From Octopus vulgaris (taxonomy: Eukaryota): DNA of 64,000 nt. The notes under the pieces were generated by a model. The model worked only from the letters and a program-made list of their open reading frames with translations. It was not told the DNA's origin and did not search any database. This document shows positions 1 through 13,199 of this stretch, piece by piece (positions within the stretch are counted from its first letter, which is position 1; each line of letters starts with the position of its first letter). The stretch covers positions 182,466,001 to 182,530,000 of the forward strand of contig OX597814.1 in assembly GCA_951406725.2 (NCBI GenBank). The letters run 5' to 3'. The position numbers and the translations under genes are program-made.

Positions 1-76
1 CTTGTAGCCTTAAGCTACATTGCTGTGGTTTTCAACCAGGGTCTATTTAAGATTTTGTTGTTAAAATTCATTTGCA

Positions 77-438
77 AGTAGCTTGCTTACCAACCACATG
101 GTTCCAGGTTCAGTCCCACTGCTGTGGCACCTTGCGCAAGTGTCTTCTTCTATAGCCTCGGGCCAACCAAAGCCTTGTGAGTGGATTTGGTAGACAGAAA
201 CTGAAAGAAGCCTGTCGTATATATGTATATATATATATGTGTGTGTTTGTCCCCACCAACATCACTTGACAACCAATGCTGGTGTGTTTACATCCCCGTA
301 ACTTAGCGGTTCGGTAAAAGAGACCTATAGAATAAGTACTAGGCTTACAAAGACTAAGTCCTGGGGTCGATTTGTTAGACTAAAGGCGGTGCTCCTGCAT
401 GGCCGCAGTCAAATGGCTGAAACAAGTAAAAGAATAAA
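77..438 (+). mobile_element. tRNA-derived SINE family A, 5'-truncated copy
   Basis: Matches other copies in the window: aagtagcttgcttaccaaccacatggttcc..gttcagtccc (B box), gccttgtgagtggatttggtagac, internal (TA/TG)n, tail gaaacaagtaaaag. Confidence 0.85.
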
Positions 439-1704
439 CTTCTACAATACACTGCATATTTAAACAATTTTTTATATAATTCCTAATATTTAATCATAAA
501 ATATAATAGTTATTTTTAGACACTGAAGGTCAATTTAGGGTTCTACCTCCCTGTAGCCCAAGTAAATTATGGATCAAAGGAGTCCATAGATTTTTTTTTA
601 AAATGGTTGAGACCCACCGCTATAATGAAATGATAAACATTTAAAATTCAACAATGCGATGTACTGTCAGGTTGTCTCCCTTGCAGATGTTACAGCAAGA
701 TTATTTTCCCTCATTTTAAGGATGGTGGATTAACAGAATCATCAGTGTTGAACAAAATGCTTTGCAATATTTGTTTGGAGTTCAGGTTGACGTTACATGC
801 CAGATCACTAAATTACAGAGATGTAAACAAACCAATACCAGTTGTCAAATAGTGGTGAGGGACATACATAGAGACATCAATCCTGCCCAGATGATTTGTT
901 GATTTTTGCCTTTCATCTTTCTGGAGTCAATAAAGTACCAGTCAAGTATTAAGGTCAATATAAATCGAGTGAAACCCACTCCCAAATTCATGGCCATATG
1001 TCTATGTAAGAAATAATTTTGTTGCATTTTCATATAAAAAAAGCAAAACTTGAATGGGAAAAAATCTTCCTAAATTGTTTCTACCAAGCTGTCATTTCAA
1101 TTCAAATATATTTTAATGAACATTCATGTGATATTTTATAGTTTTTATTCTGTTGGGTTTTTTTGTTCTGTTGATGTCAGTCTACTTTTCATTTCCCACC
1201 ATTCTTTCTTTAGTCTCTCATTTAGCAAAAGCTAATAAACTTAATACCTCAGTAATTTTCAGACACTTTCGTAAAGTAGAATATAATAGACTGAGAATGG
1301 TTTGATTGAATATCCCATTTCCATAACAATTCATCCTGTATAACTCAAACCTCAAGTTTACCCACAACTTAGAGACTTTCAGTGCAATCGCAAGTCATCA
1401 ACCTTTAAGCCAAAAAGAAAAAAAAAAAAGAAAACCTATTCACACTGATGGATAGCTGGTCCAGTGAGAGCCTTCTTACAATGTCAATGATAGATAGTTG
1501 AACCCCGACCTGGTCTCAGTTGGGGAACAACTGGGCTTGTGGTTTTTATAGTAAGGTATAATTAAAGCTGGCATTATATGATACAATCATTATGGAGAAG
1601 AGAAAATAGTTTTCTCATTGCTCAGCTAGAAAAAGAAAATACAGGCGAGGCAGTCAAAGCGTATAGTTACACTGGTAGAGCCTACAGAACATCTAGACAC
1701 GAAC

Positions 1705-2234
1705 GTCACCCTTTTCAAGCATAGCCAGGCTCATGGGCCCGGTTTCCCGGTTTCTGTGGAGTATGTGTTCCCCCCAGCTGGACGGGACTCCAGTCCATCA
1801 CAGCGTTACTCAAGAAACAGGAAGAGAGAGTGAGAGAAAGTTGTGACAAAAGAGTACAACAGGAGTTGCCACCACACCCTGCTGGAGCCTTCTGGAGCTT
1901 TTAGTAGGTGTTTTCGCTCAATAAACACACACAACGCCTGGTCTGGGAATCGAAACTGCGAGTCCACTGGGCCATTGCGCCTCCACAAATAAATGCGCCC
2001 TTTTTAAAACCTAGCCAGGCTCATGGGCCCAGTTTCAATGGCATGTGTGTTCCCCAGCTGGACGGGACGCCAGTCCGTCACAGCGTTACTCATTTTTGCT
2101 AGCTGAGTGGACTGGAGCAACGTGAAATAAAGTGTTTTGCTCAAGAACACAACACATCACTTGGTCCAGGAATTGAAACCACAATCTTACGATCATGATG
2201 CTGACACCCTAACCACTAAGCCACGTGCCTCCAC
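1705..2234 (-). mobile_element. Two head-to-tail tRNA-derived SINE family D units within one target-site duplication
   Basis: Minus-strand heads gtggaggcgcaatggcccagtgg and gtggaggcacgtggcttagtggttagg. Flanked by atctagacaYgaac at 1691-1704 and 2235-2248. Confidence 0.75.
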
Positions 2235-3041
2235 ATCTAGACATGAACAAGACACTAAATAGCCTTCTTTAAATAACAGGCAAAATGCTGAAGAGAATGT
2301 TGTATTGTCAGACAATGCTGTGCACTAAAGGCATATTTAATGGATTACAAGTTGTATACTGTACAGAATGGCTAGTTTCAGGTGTGGTTTGTCAGCTCAC
2401 CTGTATGATGAGTGCCTGGGCTGTGGGTTTTTTTAAGATCATCCCTCCTTGTACAATAATTGTTTCTGAAATCTGATGAAACCAATCTATTCAGTGGCAG
2501 ACATAAATATTTGATTTATAATTAAAACTTCTTAAATAAAAAATAATATTCTATGTTAGCGAAATTCATCTTAATAATACCAGTCATCCTTTAAGGCTAT
2601 GTTGTAATTCTGACATTTTTTTCCAGATTACCAATGAAAATTTAATCAATTTAACCATCACCTCCAGCTTTCCTGTGTTTATATATTTTCTTTATTTTAA
2701 AGTTTATTTTTTAATAACTGAATGTTTTTCATAATGCTAACCCCTAATAATATCTATTTTGCAAGGTTAGAATCTGAAGCACGCAGAGTTATGTACCTTG
2801 TCAAGTTCAGTATTACAGCATCTGCAGTAATGATGTTATCTTTCGATAATCCTGAGTGTATCTTGATTGTAAAAAAGGAACACCAGGTTGTGGCATGCTG
2901 TAAAATTAAAAAGCTGACAGTAGAAGAATTATCTGGCAGAAAAAAAAAAACACACCCTGCTTCAAAATTGAACCCATTCAACCTGTGCATGCATGGAAAA
3001 ACATATAAAATGATGATCACTGTCTAACATCTTAATACATT

Positions 3042-3348
3042 CTGCTTCGCCCTTTTCAAGCCTAGCCAGGCTCATGGGCCCGGTTTCCTGGTTTCTGTGG
3101 CATATGTGTTCCCCCCAGCTGGACGGGACGCCAGTCCGTCGCAGCATTACTCAAGAAACAGGAAGAGAAAGTGAGAGAAAGTTGTGGCGAAAGAGTACAA
3201 CGGGTCGCCACCACCCTCTGCTGGAGCCTCGTGGAGCTTTTAGGTGTTTTTGCTCAATAAACACACACATCGCCCAGTCTGGGAATCGAAACTGCGATCC
3301 TCCAACCACGAGTCCACTGCCCTAACCACTGGGCCATTGTGCCTCCAC
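3042..3348 (-). mobile_element. tRNA-derived SINE family D, full length
   Basis: A box (tggcccagtgg) and B-box-like (gtttcgattccc) on the minus strand. Perfect 12-bp TSD tcttaatacatt at 3030-3041 and 3349-3360. Confidence 0.85.
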
Positions 3349-3908
3349 TCTTAATACATTAGAACCCATTATTTGGTAGCTCACCCAGCTAGATATAGCA
3401 GCCAAAATATCCTTCGAATTATGTTTTAGTATCTTCAAAGAACAAAGGTTCACTGGAAAATGCATTCTCTGGCATATACACAGAAGCAATTGTCATTGTT
3501 TGGATGAAACAAACAAACGTTACTGATAATCCAAACCAGAACATATCGGAATATTTATTGGTATTTAAATAACTTAATTTTAATGTCAATTGAGCTAAAG
3601 GAGAGATAATTGACCTATGGATGTCAACTAATCTTTTGAAGAACATAAAATTTCTCAAAGCTCTTTTGAAAACTATCATTAAATCAAGTTTGACAAAATA
3701 TTTTCACAATAATTATTTCAAATTTTGACACAAGGCCAGTAATTTTAGGTGCAGGAGGTAGTTGATTGCATCAACCTGTGCTCAATTGGTACTTATTTAA
3801 TTGACTCCAAAAATATGAGAGGCAAAGTCAACCTCTGTGAATTTAAACTCAGAATATAATGATTTGAAAGAAATACTAAGCATTTTGTCAGTCACTTTAG
3901 CAATTCTT

Positions 3909-4316
3909 ATTTCTTTATGGCTCACAAGGGGCTAAACAGAGAGGGGACAAACAAGGACAAAGGGATTTAGTCGATTACATCGACCCCAGTGCGTAATTGG
4001 TACTTAATTTATCGACCCCGAAAGGATGAAAAACAAAGTTGACCTCAGCAGAATTTGAACTCAGAACGTAACAGCAGACGAAATACCTATTTCTTTACTG
4101 CCCACAAGGGGCTAAACACAGAGAGGACAAACAAGGACAGACAAACGGATTAAGTCGATTATATCGACCCCAGTGTGTAACTGGTACTTATTTAATCGAC
4201 CCCGAAAGGATGAAAAGCAAAGTCGACCTCGGTGGAATTTGAACTTAGAACGTAGCGGCAGAAGAAATACCGCAAAGTATTTCGCCCGGCATGCTAACGC
4301 TTCTGCCAGCTCATCA
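3909..4316 (-). mobile_element. SINE family C, partial tandem dimer
   Basis: Reverse complement of gagctggcagaa..ttagca..ccgggcgaaat..gttcaaattcc..gtcgactttgc..gggtagtaaagaaata; the 3' part is present twice. Confidence 0.8.
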
Positions 4317-4807
4317 CTTCAGCAATTCTGCTGGCTCAAAACCTTCAAAATATTTTCACAATATCAAGACTAAATTTTATTGTTGCGACCAAGTCAAACT
4401 GCTTTGTGTTTTATGAATAGTATTGGGAAGCATCTCTAGAAAAGATGACAAACAGCTCTTGCTTACTCAATTAACTGAAATCAAAATAGACACCATGCTA
4501 GTGTTACAGTTAGCAAGAACATAGTGTAACTGAAGAGTGTATTATTAGCTTAAGTATTCAGCTCTAATCCTCTTCCTCTACCCATCAGTGACTAAAGTAG
4601 AAATGGTTTGAGCAGTTTTATTATTTTATCCAAAAATGGTCAAAAGCAGTATCCAGATGACTTAATATTGAATCAGAACCATCAACTAATGAATAAATAG
4701 TCTACTGTATAAATTCATATATAAGTCACACCCATTTTATATTTGGCTCCAGCCTTTCTCCCATACATGTCTCCTGTTACTTTTCATGAATATAACTTGC
4801 ACATTTA

Positions 4808-5320
4808 TAGGTGCAGGAGTGGCTGTGTGGTAAGTAGCTTGCTTACCAACCACGTGGTTCTGGGTTCAGTCCCACTGCATGGCACCTTGTGAGTGGATTT
4901 GGTAGATGGAAACTGAAAGAAGTCCGTCGTATATATGTATATATAGGCGCAGGAGTGGCTGTGTGGTAAGTAGCTTGCTTACCAACCACATGGTTCTGGG
5001 TTCAGTCCCACTGCATGGCACCTTGGTCAAGTGTCTACTACTATAGCCTTGGGTAGACCAAAGCCTTGTGAGTGGATTTGGTAGATGGAAATTGAAAGAA
5101 GCCTGTCGTATATATATATATTTGTGTGTGTGTGTTTGTCCTCCCAACATCGCTTGATAACCGATGCTGGTGTTTGCATTCCCGTAACTTAGCGGTTCAG
5201 CAAAAGAGACTGATAGAATAAGTACTAAGCTTACAAAGAATAAGTCCTGGGGTTGATTTGCTCGACTAAAGGCGGTGTTCCAGCATAGCCGCAGTCAAAT
5301 GACAAACAAGTAAAAGAGTA
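4808..5320 (+). mobile_element. SINE family A: internally deleted copy followed by a full copy
   Basis: Head gcaggagtggctgtgtggtaagtagcttgc occurs at ~4813 and ~4949; the full body runs to aaacaagtaaaagag. Confidence 0.85.
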
Positions 5321-5504
5321 TTTAGCTGAAATAATCCAAATCATTGCTAATACAGTCTAGCAGTCTCAGAACCAGCTATCATAGCAATGTCTCTTTGTAA
5401 CCTGCATCTGGAACAAACCAAGTACTTTTAAACTTTCAGTCTTGATTGATCAATAAATTGCACATCCAATTGGCCAACAGAAAACTGTACATATGTATGT
5501 ATAT

Positions 5505-5846
5505 CTTACCAGCGTCGCCTTACTGGCACTTTTACCAGTGACACATGAAAAAACATTCAAGCGAGGTCGTTGCCAGTGCCGCTGGACTGGCTCCTGTGCA
5601 GGTGGCATGCAAAAAACACCATTTGAGCGTGGCCATTGCCAGTACCGCCTGACTGGACCTCATGCCAATGGCACGTAAAAGCAGCCATTACACTCTCGGA
5701 GTGGTTGGCATTAGGAAGAGCATCCAGCTGTAGAAACTCTGCCAGATCAAGATTGGAGCGTGGTGCAGCCACCTGGTTTGCCAGTCCTCAGTCAAATCGT
5801 CCAACCTATGCTAGCATGGAAAGCAGACATTAAATGATGATGATGA
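5505..5846 (+). mobile_element. RTE LINE 3' UTR-derived repeat with (GAT)n tail
   Basis: ggcacgtaaaagca..gagtggttggcattaggaagagcatccagctgtagaaac..gcatggaaagc..gatgatgat; same sequence as the 3' end of the RTE fragment at 15410-16315. Confidence 0.8.
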
Positions 5847-6209
5847 TCTTAACACTACATGACAGTTGAAAGCAAGTGCCACTATCATTCAAGTAGTGTC
5901 ATATTTCAAATCTATTGACATGCTTACACATATCTGGCCTTGAGAAAATATTACCTCGCTTGGAAACATGTGAGGGTTAGTAAGAGGAAGTACATCTGGC
6001 TGTAGAAAATCTGCCTCGACAAATACTGACCCCTGCAGCATGGAAAAGTAAATGCAAACCAATAATGATAATGAACATTATTAAAAAGACATTTACAATG
6101 ACTTTATAACTCCTCAGAATTATTATTGACAATCTATTGGTCAATCACTTCTATCATTATACTTGCATCAATGAATAGCTACAATACTTTTTTGTTTTAA
6201 AAATATGCA

Positions 6210-6376
6210 TAAGCGCAGGAGTGGCTGTGTGGTAAGTAGCTTGCTAACCAACCACAGGGTTCCGGGTTCAGTCCCACTACGTGGCATCTTGGGCAAGTGT
6301 CTTCTGCTATAGCCCTGGGCCGACCAATGCCTTGTGAGTGGATTTGGTAGACGGAAACTGAAAGAAGCCTGTCGTA

Positions 6377-6429
<53 letters not shown>

Positions 6430-6620
6430 ATATGTTTGTGTGTCTGTGTTTGTCCCTCTAGCATTGCTTGACAACCGATGCTGGTGTGTTTATGACCCAT
6501 CACTTAGCGGTTCGACAAAAGAGACTGATAGAATAAGTACTGGGCTTACAAAGAATAAGTCCCAGGGTCCCAGCATGGCCGCAGTCAAATGACTGAAACA
6601 AGTAAAAGAGTAAAAGAGAG
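6210..6620 (+). mobile_element. SINE family A
   Basis: Full head, internal (TA)n(TG)n, tail gaaacaagtaaaagag. Confidence 0.85.
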
Positions 6621-7001
6621 AATATGACAAGGAAGCCCATTCAAAAAGAGACACAGTAGCCTGGTGTAGTCTTCTACCTGGTTGGCTCCAGTCAACCATT
6701 CTACCTATGCATGCATGGAAGACAGGATGATAATGATGATGATGATACTATTCTGTCAATTGTAATGCTTATTAATTCATATTGTTTTGAATTAATAATG
6801 CATTATCTCACCGGCTCTAGTCAAACTGTCCAACCCATGCCAGCATAGAAAGCGGATATTAAATGATGATGATGATGACAGTTATCCTATCCAAAACAGA
6901 AATATCTTTCTAAAAAATATTTCTGCTAAAAACCTGTTAAATATAAATTTAAGTCTCAATAATTATTTAAATAAAAAAGACAAACACATGCATACATTAA
7001 A

Positions 7002-7294
7002 TTATATATATTTAAATATTATATCTTTTTTATCTTTAACTGTCTGTATTTCCAGTTTGATTGGGCATTTTAAGATGTAACTAAGCATTTCTTCAGTGTA
7101 GCCTTGCAAAAAATATATTTTTTGTGGTAAGAGATTTTGAGAAATTAATGCTGCAATGACAATTAAATTATGGCGCCTCTTTATGATAACTTCTGACATG
7201 AGTAACTGAGGCCATGTACCGTGCATAAATCGACGAATGAAGACATCATCAACTGTGACTTCAGAAGCTCTTCTTCCTTCCTCGTGAAGAGTGG
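7002..7294 (-). CDS. MRPS24: Mitochondrial ribosomal protein S24 (uS3m), coding exon 3 (last)
   Basis: Translates ..TLHEEGRRASEVTVDDVFIRRFMHGTWP..IKRRHN..IYFLQGYTEEMLSYILKCPIKLEIQTV..IIFKYI*, matching the MRPS24 C-terminal signature (EDVFLRKFM.GT.P, YFL.GYSE.LLS..KCPV.L..QTV). Acceptor tttcag, phase 1. Confidence 0.93.
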
Positions 7295-7476
7295 CTGAAA
7301 GAGAAGAAAACATGATTAGTCAAGTTCAGTATAAATATTTTTATTGGTAAAATGAATTTAAATGCCATTAGAGGCAAAAGTGACAAAGCAAGTACATATT
7401 CAAATTATTAATACTCACTTTCTTACTGGGCAGTTTTGTTCTGAACTTAAGACAATAAGTCTACAAAAGATTTGTG

Positions 7477-8106
7477 GGATCTTTTCGGTTTGAACGGCAG
7501 TTTTTTCTAGCGGTGTCATATGAAATTGTCACCCATAATTATGACCCTAGTATTGATCTAATGCATTTCAATCTGTTTTAGGGTTGGGGGAAGGGTATCT
7601 ATTTTTCTTCACAAATGCAAATAAACCCAATCTGTTTCTTAAACGAGGGACATATTCATACGGCACAGAATGTTTTTCACCTCAATAGATGTCATTGATT
7701 GGTTGAAATTGCAGAAATTGAAGAAAAACAAACAACAAATATCTTACAAACTATAGAATTTTCTCAATAAAGCCAAGAGAAAAAGATGTTTTATAAACAC
7801 ATTTTACCAGTATACGAAGTTTTAAAGTGTTTAGTTTTTGTTTTGTTTTGTTTTTGTTTTTCCAGTTTCAGCTCTTGAGCTGTGGCCATGCTGGGGCACC
7901 GCCATTGTGGTGAAAGAGTACAGCAGGGATCACCACCCCCTGCCGGAGCCTCGTAGAGCTTTTAGGTGTTTTCGCTCAATAAACACACACAACGCCCGGT
8001 CTGAGAATCGAAACCGCGATCCTGCGACCGCGAGTCCGCTGCCCTAACCACTAGGCCATTGCGTGGAAATTATTTTTAAAAACTGCTGTTCAAACCGAAA
8101 AGATCC
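7477..8106. mobile_element. Merlin-like MITE (GGATCTTTTCGG TIR) carrying nested SINE fragments
   Basis: TIRs ggatcttttcggtttgaacggcagtttt / aaaactgctgttcaaaccgaaaagatcc. 8-bp TSD gatttgtg at 7469-7476 and 8107-8114. SINE D piece at ~7905-8064. Confidence 0.85.
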
Positions 8107-8937
8107 GATTTGTGTTCTACTGGAAAGCAAAGATATCTCTTAGACAATACATAAAAAAGAGAGTTCCAACACACCACATCAGCCAGCAACAGGAGTGAAT
8201 AAAAGAAGCAAAATTTAAAACACATACATACATACAAGTATAACTGAGAAAGTGTCGCTCTTTAAATTGACCTAAGTCTTAGAAAGAAGTAATACATTTA
8301 TTCATTCAAATATAAGCAAACATTTTAACATTGGTTTCTCCATGCTGGCATAGCTTGGCTATGTCCGCAGTACAGCATGTCATCATGATTCTTGAGATCA
8401 TACCTTTACTCTAGAACTTTCCAATGAACACTCATCATCTCATTTACATGACATGTCCATACTAGGGAAACCATCTCATGTATACTTCAGCTAGGTGTTT
8501 TCATATTTTCTTTTACCATTCCTGTGCTCTGCCTTCTGTACAAATTATGTTGGATATCAAAGCAATCATTCACTCTCTGCAGTCTTTCCAGTCACTTCAA
8601 TCCATTATCTCTCTTTTTACACAAGATTCATTACAGTCTGCCTTTAGCATGGGAAGAGAGAGAGAGAGAGAGAAAGTTTGCTGGTATGTAGTCCTTGCTT
8701 GTTATGTAGGGGTTGACTGAACAAATGATGCAGTCCACAGATGCAGTACCTGGATAAACCACACCTGTTTTTGCTTGAGGACTACTTGATTGGTATAACA
8801 GACATCTTTAAATCACTGAAGAACAAATAATGCAATTTTTATGGCACAATTTAAAACTGCATTACTTTATCTCATTAACTAATTGCTTCTCAGTAGACTA
8901 TTTCCTCAAGGTTCCTTGCAAGGTAATAAATGCTTAA

Positions 8938-9170
8938 AAAGGCGGAGAGCTGGCAGAAACATTAGCATGCCGGGCGAAATGCCTAGTGGTATTTCGTCTA
9001 CGGCTACATTCTGAGTTCAAATTCCGCCAAGGTCGACTTTGCCTTTCATCCTTTCGGTTTCGATTAAATAAGTACCAGTTACACACTGGGATCAATATAA
9101 TCGACTTAATCCGTGTGTCTGTCCTTGTTTGTCCTCTCTGTGCTTAGCCCCTTGTGGGTAATAAAGAAAT
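8938..9170 (+). mobile_element. SINE family C, full length
   Basis: B box gagttcaaattcc; 17-bp TSD aggtaataaatgcttaa at 8921-8937 and 9171-9187. Confidence 0.9.
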
Positions 9171-9346
9171 AGGTAATAAATGCTTAATAGAGTTTTACTT
9201 GTGTTTTGCATCAGGCAATTGTTCTAGGACTGGCATCTGTTGCCAAAGCTCAATGAATGCAAAACTGAAAGACGTCTATTCAAAATTCTATCAAAACAAT
9301 ATTTCAGAATGCTCTTTTCAAAGATATCTACTGCCAATATAATACA

Positions 9347-9578
9347 TATTTCTTTACTACCCACAAGGGGCTAAACACAGAGAGGACAAACAAGGACAGA
9401 CGAACGGATTAAGTTGATTATATCGACCCCAGTATGTAACTGGTACTTATTTAATCGACCCCGAAAGGATGAAAGTCAAAGTCGACCTCGGCGGAATTTG
9501 AACTCAGAACGTAGCGGCAGACGAAATACTGCTAAGCATTTCACCCGGCGTGCTAACGCTTCTGCCAGCTTGCCGCCT
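9347..9578 (-). mobile_element. SINE family C, full length, inverted relative to 8938-9170
   Basis: Reverse complement of the previous copy; TSD tataataca at 9338-9346 and 9579-9587. Confidence 0.9.
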
Positions 9579-9589
9579 TATAATACAAC

Positions 9590-9872
9590 CAGATCGCCTT
9601 ACTGGCACTTGTGCTGGTGGTATGTGTAAAAGGATTCGAGCGAGGTCGTTGCCAGTAACCGCCTGACTGGCCTCCATGCCGGTGGCACGTAAAAAGCACC
9701 CACTACACTCTGAGAGTGGTTGGCATTAGGAAGGGCATCCAGCTGTAGAAACTCTGCCAAATCAAGATTGGAGCCTGGTGCAACCATCTGGTTCGCCAAC
9801 CCTCAGTCAAAATCGTCCAACCCATGCTAGCATGGAAAGCGGACTTTAAACGATGATGATGATGATGATGAT
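9590..9872 (+). mobile_element. RTE 3' UTR-derived repeat with (GAT)n tail
   Basis: Same motifs as 5505-5846. Confidence 0.8.
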
Positions 9873-10349
9873 TTCATTAATAGTCTGACTACAAATTAGT
9901 ATAAAACCATTTCATGTCAGTGGAGTCAGTTCTCTCTTGCCGTTCAAAGGTTTCATCTCAGGATCTCCAACTTACAAAGTACTCCTGAAAACTTAATGGA
10001 AAGGCCCTCCCTCATAAGCCAATCTTGTAAAGTGTTGTATATGGTCTAGCTTTCATCACATTTAGTAGAGTTGCTTTAAACTAGCGCTAATGTTCATTTA
10101 TACCAAGTAACTAAGAAATCAAAAGAACAATCACACAACAGATCTGACAAATTTCCATCAGCTTTCAACCACTTTTCTTCACAGTTACTGAAAATTTTAT
10201 CTCTGCAACATTGGGTTACTTTGAAAGCTGTTAGAAAATAGATACTAATTTTATTTCATAACAGAGTAGTAAAAACTTGGTGTGCAGCTTAAGAAACTAA
10301 GTCAATTATACGACATGTAGAAAAATAGAAAAATAACTAAATCACTCAC

Positions 10350-10548
10350 TAGTGTTCCAAGAATTCCAAGACTTTGTTACACCAATTAGGTAAGGAGGTT
10401 GAGACTGTTCATATGTTAAAGGCTTGTCTTGACGGAGTGAGATTTTTGGCTGACCAGCACGTACGTTTTTGGTAAGAACAGAAGATTTGCTGAATTGTCT
10501 TTTGAGGTTATAAGTTAATCCATGATTACTCAAAGTTTGGGGTTTTAA
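10350..10548 (-). CDS. MRPS24: MRPS24 coding exon 2
   Basis: LKPQTLS..KNVRAGQPKISLRQDKPLTYEQSQPPYLIGVTKSWNSWNT, containing the MRPS24 motif KP.TYE...P..I...K.W.S..T. Acceptor tttcag (phase 0), donor gtgagt (phase 1), 199 nt. Confidence 0.92.
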
Positions 10549-11989
10549 CTGAAACAAAGAAATTCATTGTAAGTAGATTTCAAAAGAATCAAAATTATTA
10601 TAAAACCTATGCATGCATAAATTGTAAATCTTCAAATTATTCCAATAATGATGGAGTGGTTCCTAATTAAGAAACAGCTCTGTTATTCCAATTTAAACAT
10701 TGAAACATCAATAATTGTTCAGGGCTACATGCTAACCCTTTTCTGAAATCTTGCCCATTTTCACCATTTGGCTTATAAATTGAACTTACAGAATAAATGT
10801 TCAATGGTTCTAATCTTGGAAAACAAATTTAAAATTAATGATTTCTGATGTACAAGGGTCACATTTGAAGGAGGCTGAATATAGTAGGTTAAATCAATCA
10901 CAGTAATCAGCTTCCTCAAACAATTAGTGAAATCAAGGGTGAATGATTAAACACATTTAATGTCTGTTCCAGGCTGGCATGATTTGGATGGTTTGACAGG
11001 ATCTGATAGGTTTGAAGACAGCATTGTGCTCCAGTGTCTGCTTTGGCATGGTTTCTATGGCTGGATGCCCTTCTTAGGAACAATCTTATAGCATGTACTG
11101 GGTGGCATTTTTTTCTGGCACTAGCACTAGTGCAGTCACTATGCATAATGCAAGACAAGATGACTTTCAACTGAGGGAAGGAGGTAACTTTATGTTATGA
11201 GATAGGGAGTTAAAGAGAGAGAGAAGAGGCCAAAACAGGTTTCTTGCAGTAGGGGAACTACACAGCTACTCACACTACAGAAGAGAGAGTGGAAGCAATG
11301 AGGGTGGAACTGGAAAGCGATGAAAATAGCGATGAGATGTCAAGGTGAACTCTTAAGACATGAGGTGAGTAGAAGTGAGAAGGAACAGAACAGGAAGTGT
11401 GGGTGGGGTAGAAATTGCAAGAGTGTATCGGAGAATAAGAGATTGTCAGAAATAGGGAATGGGTGAGAGGTTGAATGTTATGAAGAACAAGTGTTGAGGA
11501 ATGATGACTAGAGAAGGTAGGGTAAAGGAAAGAATAAGTGTAGAAACTGAGTAGGATTGAGGGGTGACCAATGATACAGAAGTTGAAGTGAAACAGGAGA
11601 GAAGAGATGACTGACAGTGCAGCAACAGTGGTGGGGAATGAAGAGCAGCTGAGTAGTAACAAAAATAAGGATACAATGGACAGTAAAAAGAGAGAATGAG
11701 CAGAAGGGAAAGTGGGAGATGATGTGTGGTTGAGTAGGTTGTTTGGGATAGAGCAAGCGAATGGGGAGACTTATGGTAGATGAGTATTAAGAAGGAAAGG
11801 TGGGTAACAATGAAGTGGTTCCAATAATAACAGGGGCAAGTGGTATCAGGAAAAAATTGAAGTATGCAATTCTGCTCATATTTAATTAAAGCAGCAGAAT
11901 TGTGTAGTTTGAGGGATGATGTCTGGTAAGAATGTGTTGAAGAAGAAATTTGATGTGATGGGTGGAGGAGTTGTGCAAATTTATACACA

Positions 11990-12700
11990 GTGTCTCCAAA
12001 ATCTCAGCTTCACTGAGGTGAACAAGTCTTCTAAAGAACAGCATACTTCTAGTCATCCCAGTCCTTTGCCATCTCCATGTGAGATTCAAGGTCCTGCAAT
12101 CAGTCTTCACCACTTTGTCTGTCTTCCTGGGTTTCCCTCTTCTGCAAACTCCATCCACAGTGAGTGAACAGCACTTCTTTATAATGTCTTCATCAAACAA
12201 GTCCATACCAGCACAGTCTTCTTCCTTGTACACTACATCTAATTCCCCTTATGCCTAGTTTTTCTTTCAATGCATATGTATTTTGTTGTTCATGTACACT
12301 TACTTTGCACATCCAATAGAGCATGCTAGCTTCATTCCCTCCCCCACAATTGTATCATGTCCTCTGCATGCAGTATCATAAATTCTGTCCTTCACTCTTT
12401 GGGGAAAAGACCTTTGTTGTCAATAGTGGTGATACCTCAGTGAATTTTTTTCCATCCTGTTCTTATCCTGGCTATTATACTTTCAGAGCAATCACCTCCC
12501 CCTGCTAATTACAGCTCCTAGGTAACAGAAGCTATCAACTACTTCTAGTGAGCCATCTGGGCAGTTAAGAGAGACTATTTTTGGTGTGCTCATAGTATGT
12601 ATCTGTCATATATGAACCTGACTTTTTCTGTTAGTCTGCCTGTGATTCTACTACATCTCGTGTGTCCATAGTTTACATTAGGCATAGTGTATGGAGTATA
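11990..12700 (-). mobile_element. Decayed RTE LINE ORF 3' fragment
   Basis: Minus-strand peptide DEDIIKKCCSLTVDGVCRRGKPRKT resembles the RTE C-terminus also seen at 15419-15700. Confidence 0.6.
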
Positions 12701-12829
12701 TAGCTACTCCTTTTCTGTATGCATAGCAGGGCCATTTCCCTGAAGATACCAGAGTCCTATATTCTTTCCTACATAACCATATGTGCATAACATGGTGATC
12801 TCATATCAAGATAAACTGCGCATGACCTT

Positions 12830-13172
12830 GCAGAATTTTCATCGGGTTGAGTAGTCCAACCCACTCAAAAGGTCCCTGAATAAGGGTTATTTAAGGATGC
12901 TGAATGAAACACCCATGTTTCCAAAGGTGAATTATCCAAACCCCAAAGAATTTCTCTCAGAACATAGCTATGATGCTCCCCAACAACTTCTGCTCATGAT
13001 CAGAGACGTACATATCATCAGCCACTAAGGGACATGCTCAACTGGTTAAGGTTAAAAACTGATATTGAGCAGAATATTTGCTGTAGCCAATCTTTTATAC
13101 CAAGACAAAACAATGTACATGATAACACTTCCAATCAGTTAAGATCAGAAGCCATGAGATCACTGCCTGGTC
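12830..13172 (-). mobile_element. Probable SINE-like interspersed repeat
   Basis: Compositionally distinct block that interrupts LINE remnants; family not assigned. Confidence 0.35.
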
Positions 13173-13199
13173 TCACTTAGGAAATAAAGCTTTGATAAT

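Noticed and set aside
2468-2515. CTGATGA followed by a short cca/tgg stem
   Set aside because: Lacks an intact GAAA box and stem III.
11270-11988. 130-180 aa minus-strand ORFs
   Set aside because: They arise from a purine/pyrimidine-skewed low-complexity tract next to decayed LINE sequence; S/L/H-rich with no domain.
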